From Bdellovibrionales bacterium (lineage in GTDB: Bacteria; Bdellovibrionota; Bdellovibrionia; Bdellovibrionales; UBA1609): DNA of 64,000 nt. A program made the position numbers and the translations under genes. The notes under the pieces are model-generated. The model did not search any database and had not been told where the DNA came from. It saw only the letters and a program-made list of their open reading frames with translations. The stretch lies in the NCBI GenBank assembly GCA_965199825.1, contig OZ241329.1, positions 1,120,001-1,184,000 of the forward strand, read 5' to 3'. Below, piece by piece: positions 61,691 to 64,000 of this stretch. Each line of letters opens with the position of its first letter. Position 1 is the first letter of the stretch.

Positions 61691-62423
61691 AGCCTTCTTT
61701 TTCGAGTTTTAAGGCCAGCGACCGATCTCCGCTTTTGACAATTCTGCCATCAATCAATACATGGACAAAATCAGGAACGATATAATCCAAAAGTCGTTGA
61801 TAGTGAGTGATTAACAAAATCGCATTGTTTTTATTTTTTAGTTTGCTAACACCGTCGCCCACAATTTTGAGCGAATCAATATCAAGCCCCGAATCGGTCT
61901 CATCCAAAATCGCCAGACGAGGATTAAGGATAGCCATTTGCAAAATTTCGTTTCGCTTTTTTTCACCGCCCGAGAAACCTTCGTTCACCGCGCGATCAAA
62001 AAACTGTGGGTCCATTTCGACAATCTGAGATTTTTTGCGAGCAAAATCATAAAAATCACTTTCATTCATTTCGGGAGCACCCTGATATTTGCAAATCGAA
62101 TTAAAGGCGGTTCGCAAAAAAGTCAGGTTGCTTACGCCCGGAACTTCTACCGGGTATTGGTAAGCTAAAAAAACACCTTCTTTGGCGCGCTCGTCAGGCG
62201 ACATCTCGAGCAAATTTTTTGGCTGCAGATTGACGTCATACAAAACTTCGCCACCGGTGACCGTATAGCTCGGGTGGCCTGCTAAAATTTTTGACAAGGT
62301 ACTTTTACCCGAACCGTTGGGGCCCATGATTGCATGGACTTCGCCCGCATTGATTTTAAGATTGAGCCCTTTAAGGACTTCCTTATCTTCGACTCGTGAT
62401 TTTAAATCTGTAATCGTAATCAT
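61662..62423 (-). CDS. sufC: SufC ATPase
   Basis: GPNGSGKST, GFSGGEKKRNE, DETDSGLD. Confidence 0.97.
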   Translation of the reverse strand: MITITDLKSRVEDKEVLKGLNLKINAGEVHAIMGPNGSGKSTLSKILAGHPSYTVTGGEVLYDVNLQPKNLLEMSPDERAKEGVFLAYQYPVEVPGVSNLTFLRTAFNSICKYQGAPEMNESDFYDFARKKSQIVEMDPQFFDRAVNEGFSGGEKKRNEILQMAILNPRLAILDETDSGLDIDSLKIVGDGVSKLKNKNNAILLITHYQRLLDYIVPDFVHVLIDGRIVKSGDRSLALKLEKEGYDWITRTLH

Positions 62424-63848
62424 TTATCCCACACTATTTTCTAATTTCATTTCGATCAATTTGACCGCTTCAACACTAAATTCAAGTGGCAGCTCTTTAA
62501 AAACATCTTTGCAAAATCCATTCACCAAGAGTGAGATCGCTTGCTCTTGATCGAGCCCACGCGATTGCAAATAAAAAAGCTGATCCTCGCTCAATCGTGA
62601 CGTGCTCGCCTCGTGCTCAACAATGGTGGAGCTATTTTTGACATCAATAACCGGAAAGGTATTGGCACGACTTTGATCGCCCACCAACATCGAATCACAT
62701 TGCGAATAATTTCTGGCGTTATGAGCCGATGGCAGCACTCGCACAAGTCCACGATAAGAATTATTTGAGCGATCGGTAGAGATCCCTTTGCTAATAATCG
62801 TGCTCTTGGTGTTTTTTCCGATGTGGATCATTTTTGTACCGGTATCGGCTTGCATTCGATCATGAGTCAAAGCCACAGAATAAAATGCACCCACCGAATT
62901 ATCACCTTGGAGTATCACGCTTGGATATTTCCACGTGATTGAACTTCCGGCTTCCACTTGAGTCCAAGAAATTTTTGAATTCTTGCCCGCGCATTTTCCG
63001 CGTTTGGTCACAAAATTGTAAATGCCACCGCGACCTTCACGATCACCCGCATACCAATTTTGAACCGTTGAATATTTAATCTCAGCACCTTCAAGAGCAA
63101 TCAACTCCACACATGCAGCATGGAGCTGGTTGTTGTCGCGTTGGGGAGCGGTGCAACCCTCGAGGTAATTTACAAAACTATTTTCATCAGCAATCAAAAG
63201 AGTGCGCTCAAATTGTCCGGTGTCTTTGGCATTGATTCTAAAATAGGTCGAGAGATCAATCGGGCAACGAACACCTTTGGGAATATAACAAAACGATCCA
63301 TCGGTAAAAACCGCGGCATTGAGTGCTGCAAAAAAATTATCGCGCGCCGGAATGACCGATCCCAAATATTTTTTAACAAGATCGGGATACTCTCTGATCG
63401 CCTCAGAAATTGAGCAAAAGATCACACCATGTTTTTTTAAAACATCTTGATGGGTTGTTCCCACCGAAACGCTATCAAACACCGCATCGATCGCGACCCC
63501 AGAAATTCTTTTTTGTTCGCTTAATGGGATACCTAGACGCTCAAATGTTTTGATGAGTTCGGGATCCATTTCATCCAAAGATTTTTTGGTCTCTTGTTTT
63601 TTTGGCGCAGAATAATAAGAAACGGCTTGATAATCGATGGGCTCATACTCAGCCGTTGACCAATGAGGCTCTTTCATCCCTTGCCAAATTTTAAAAGCTT
63701 TTAGCCGTTGCTCGAGCATCCACTCTGGTTCTGATTTCTTATTTGAAATAAAACGGATCACGTCTTCATTGAGTCCCTTAGGAGCCGTATCGCTTTCAAC
63801 ATCAGAAATAAAACCGTATTTGTATTCACGCTCTAGTGGTTCTTTCAT
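62424..63848 (-). CDS. sufB: SufB Fe-S scaffold
   Basis: [29 protein letters not shown]. Confidence 0.98.
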   Translation of the reverse strand: MKEPLEREYKYGFISDVESDTAPKGLNEDVIRFISNKKSEPEWMLEQRLKAFKIWQGMKEPHWSTAEYEPIDYQAVSYYSAPKKQETKKSLDEMDPELIKTFERLGIPLSEQKRISGVAIDAVFDSVSVGTTHQDVLKKHGVIFCSISEAIREYPDLVKKYLGSVIPARDNFFAALNAAVFTDGSFCYIPKGVRCPIDLSTYFRINAKDTGQFERTLLIADENSFVNYLEGCTAPQRDNNQLHAACVELIALEGAEIKYSTVQNWYAGDREGRGGIYNFVTKRGKCAGKNSKISWTQVEAGSSITWKYPSVILQGDNSVGAFYSVALTHDRMQADTGTKMIHIGKNTKSTIISKGISTDRSNNSYRGLVRVLPSAHNARNYSQCDSMLVGDQSRANTFPVIDVKNSSTIVEHEASTSRLSEDQLFYLQSRGLDQEQAISLLVNGFCKDVFKELPLEFSVEAVKLIEMKLENSVG

Positions 63849-63999
63849 TTTTGATAAGCTCCTTAATGGTCACATTTTGATAAAAAACTTTTAATCGTCG
63901 ATTCAGTTCGCTGAGTGAAGATTGCAAATTACAAGTGTCAGAAAGATCGCAACTCTTTTTTTCGTGAAGGCAGCGAGTGATATGCTTTGGCCCTTCGAT
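63826..63999 (-). CDS. C-terminus of an Rrf2/IscR-family regulator (partial)
   Basis: Manual translation [25 protein letters not shown]...VTIKEL with three Cys; upstream of sufB. Confidence 0.8.
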   Translation of the reverse strand: MEGPKHITRCLHEKKSCDLSDTCNLQSSLSELNRRLKVFYQNVTIKELIKNERTTRA

Positions 64000-64000
64000 G

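Overview
A 64-kb chromosomal segment, most likely from a Bdellovibrionota (Bdellovibrio-like) bacterium. The assignment is an inference from a Tad/Flp pilus cluster that ends in a YD/RHS-repeat gene and a small CxxC secreted protein, the layout of the B. bacteriovorus bd0109-bd0108 'hit' locus. Housekeeping content: groES-groEL, icd, mdh-sucC-sucD-ndk, rodZ, tRNA-Phe, dusB, ftsE-ftsX-envC-S41 protease, and an Rrf2-sufBCDS-Nfu operon. The most unusual feature occurs twice (about 12.6-13.9 kb and 50.0-51.3 kb): a minus-strand gene for a ~270-aa protein with a C-terminal HNH nuclease domain, next to a non-coding array of a (GC)GGGCACGA motif spaced mostly every 30-33 bp with variable spacers. The same motif sits at homologous positions inside both HNH genes and near where similarity between the two copies ends. 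A sigma54-type promoter follows each array. Other notable items: five tandem paralogous secreted proteins with hydrophobic central segments, flanked by an 18-bp direct repeat at the groEL terminator; an unannotated 25-aa Lys-rich peptide gene; FliA-type promoters in the Tad locus; and an orphan tadB/tadC-like pair linked to a Ser/Thr kinase. All calls come from reading the sequence by eye; no database searches were run.
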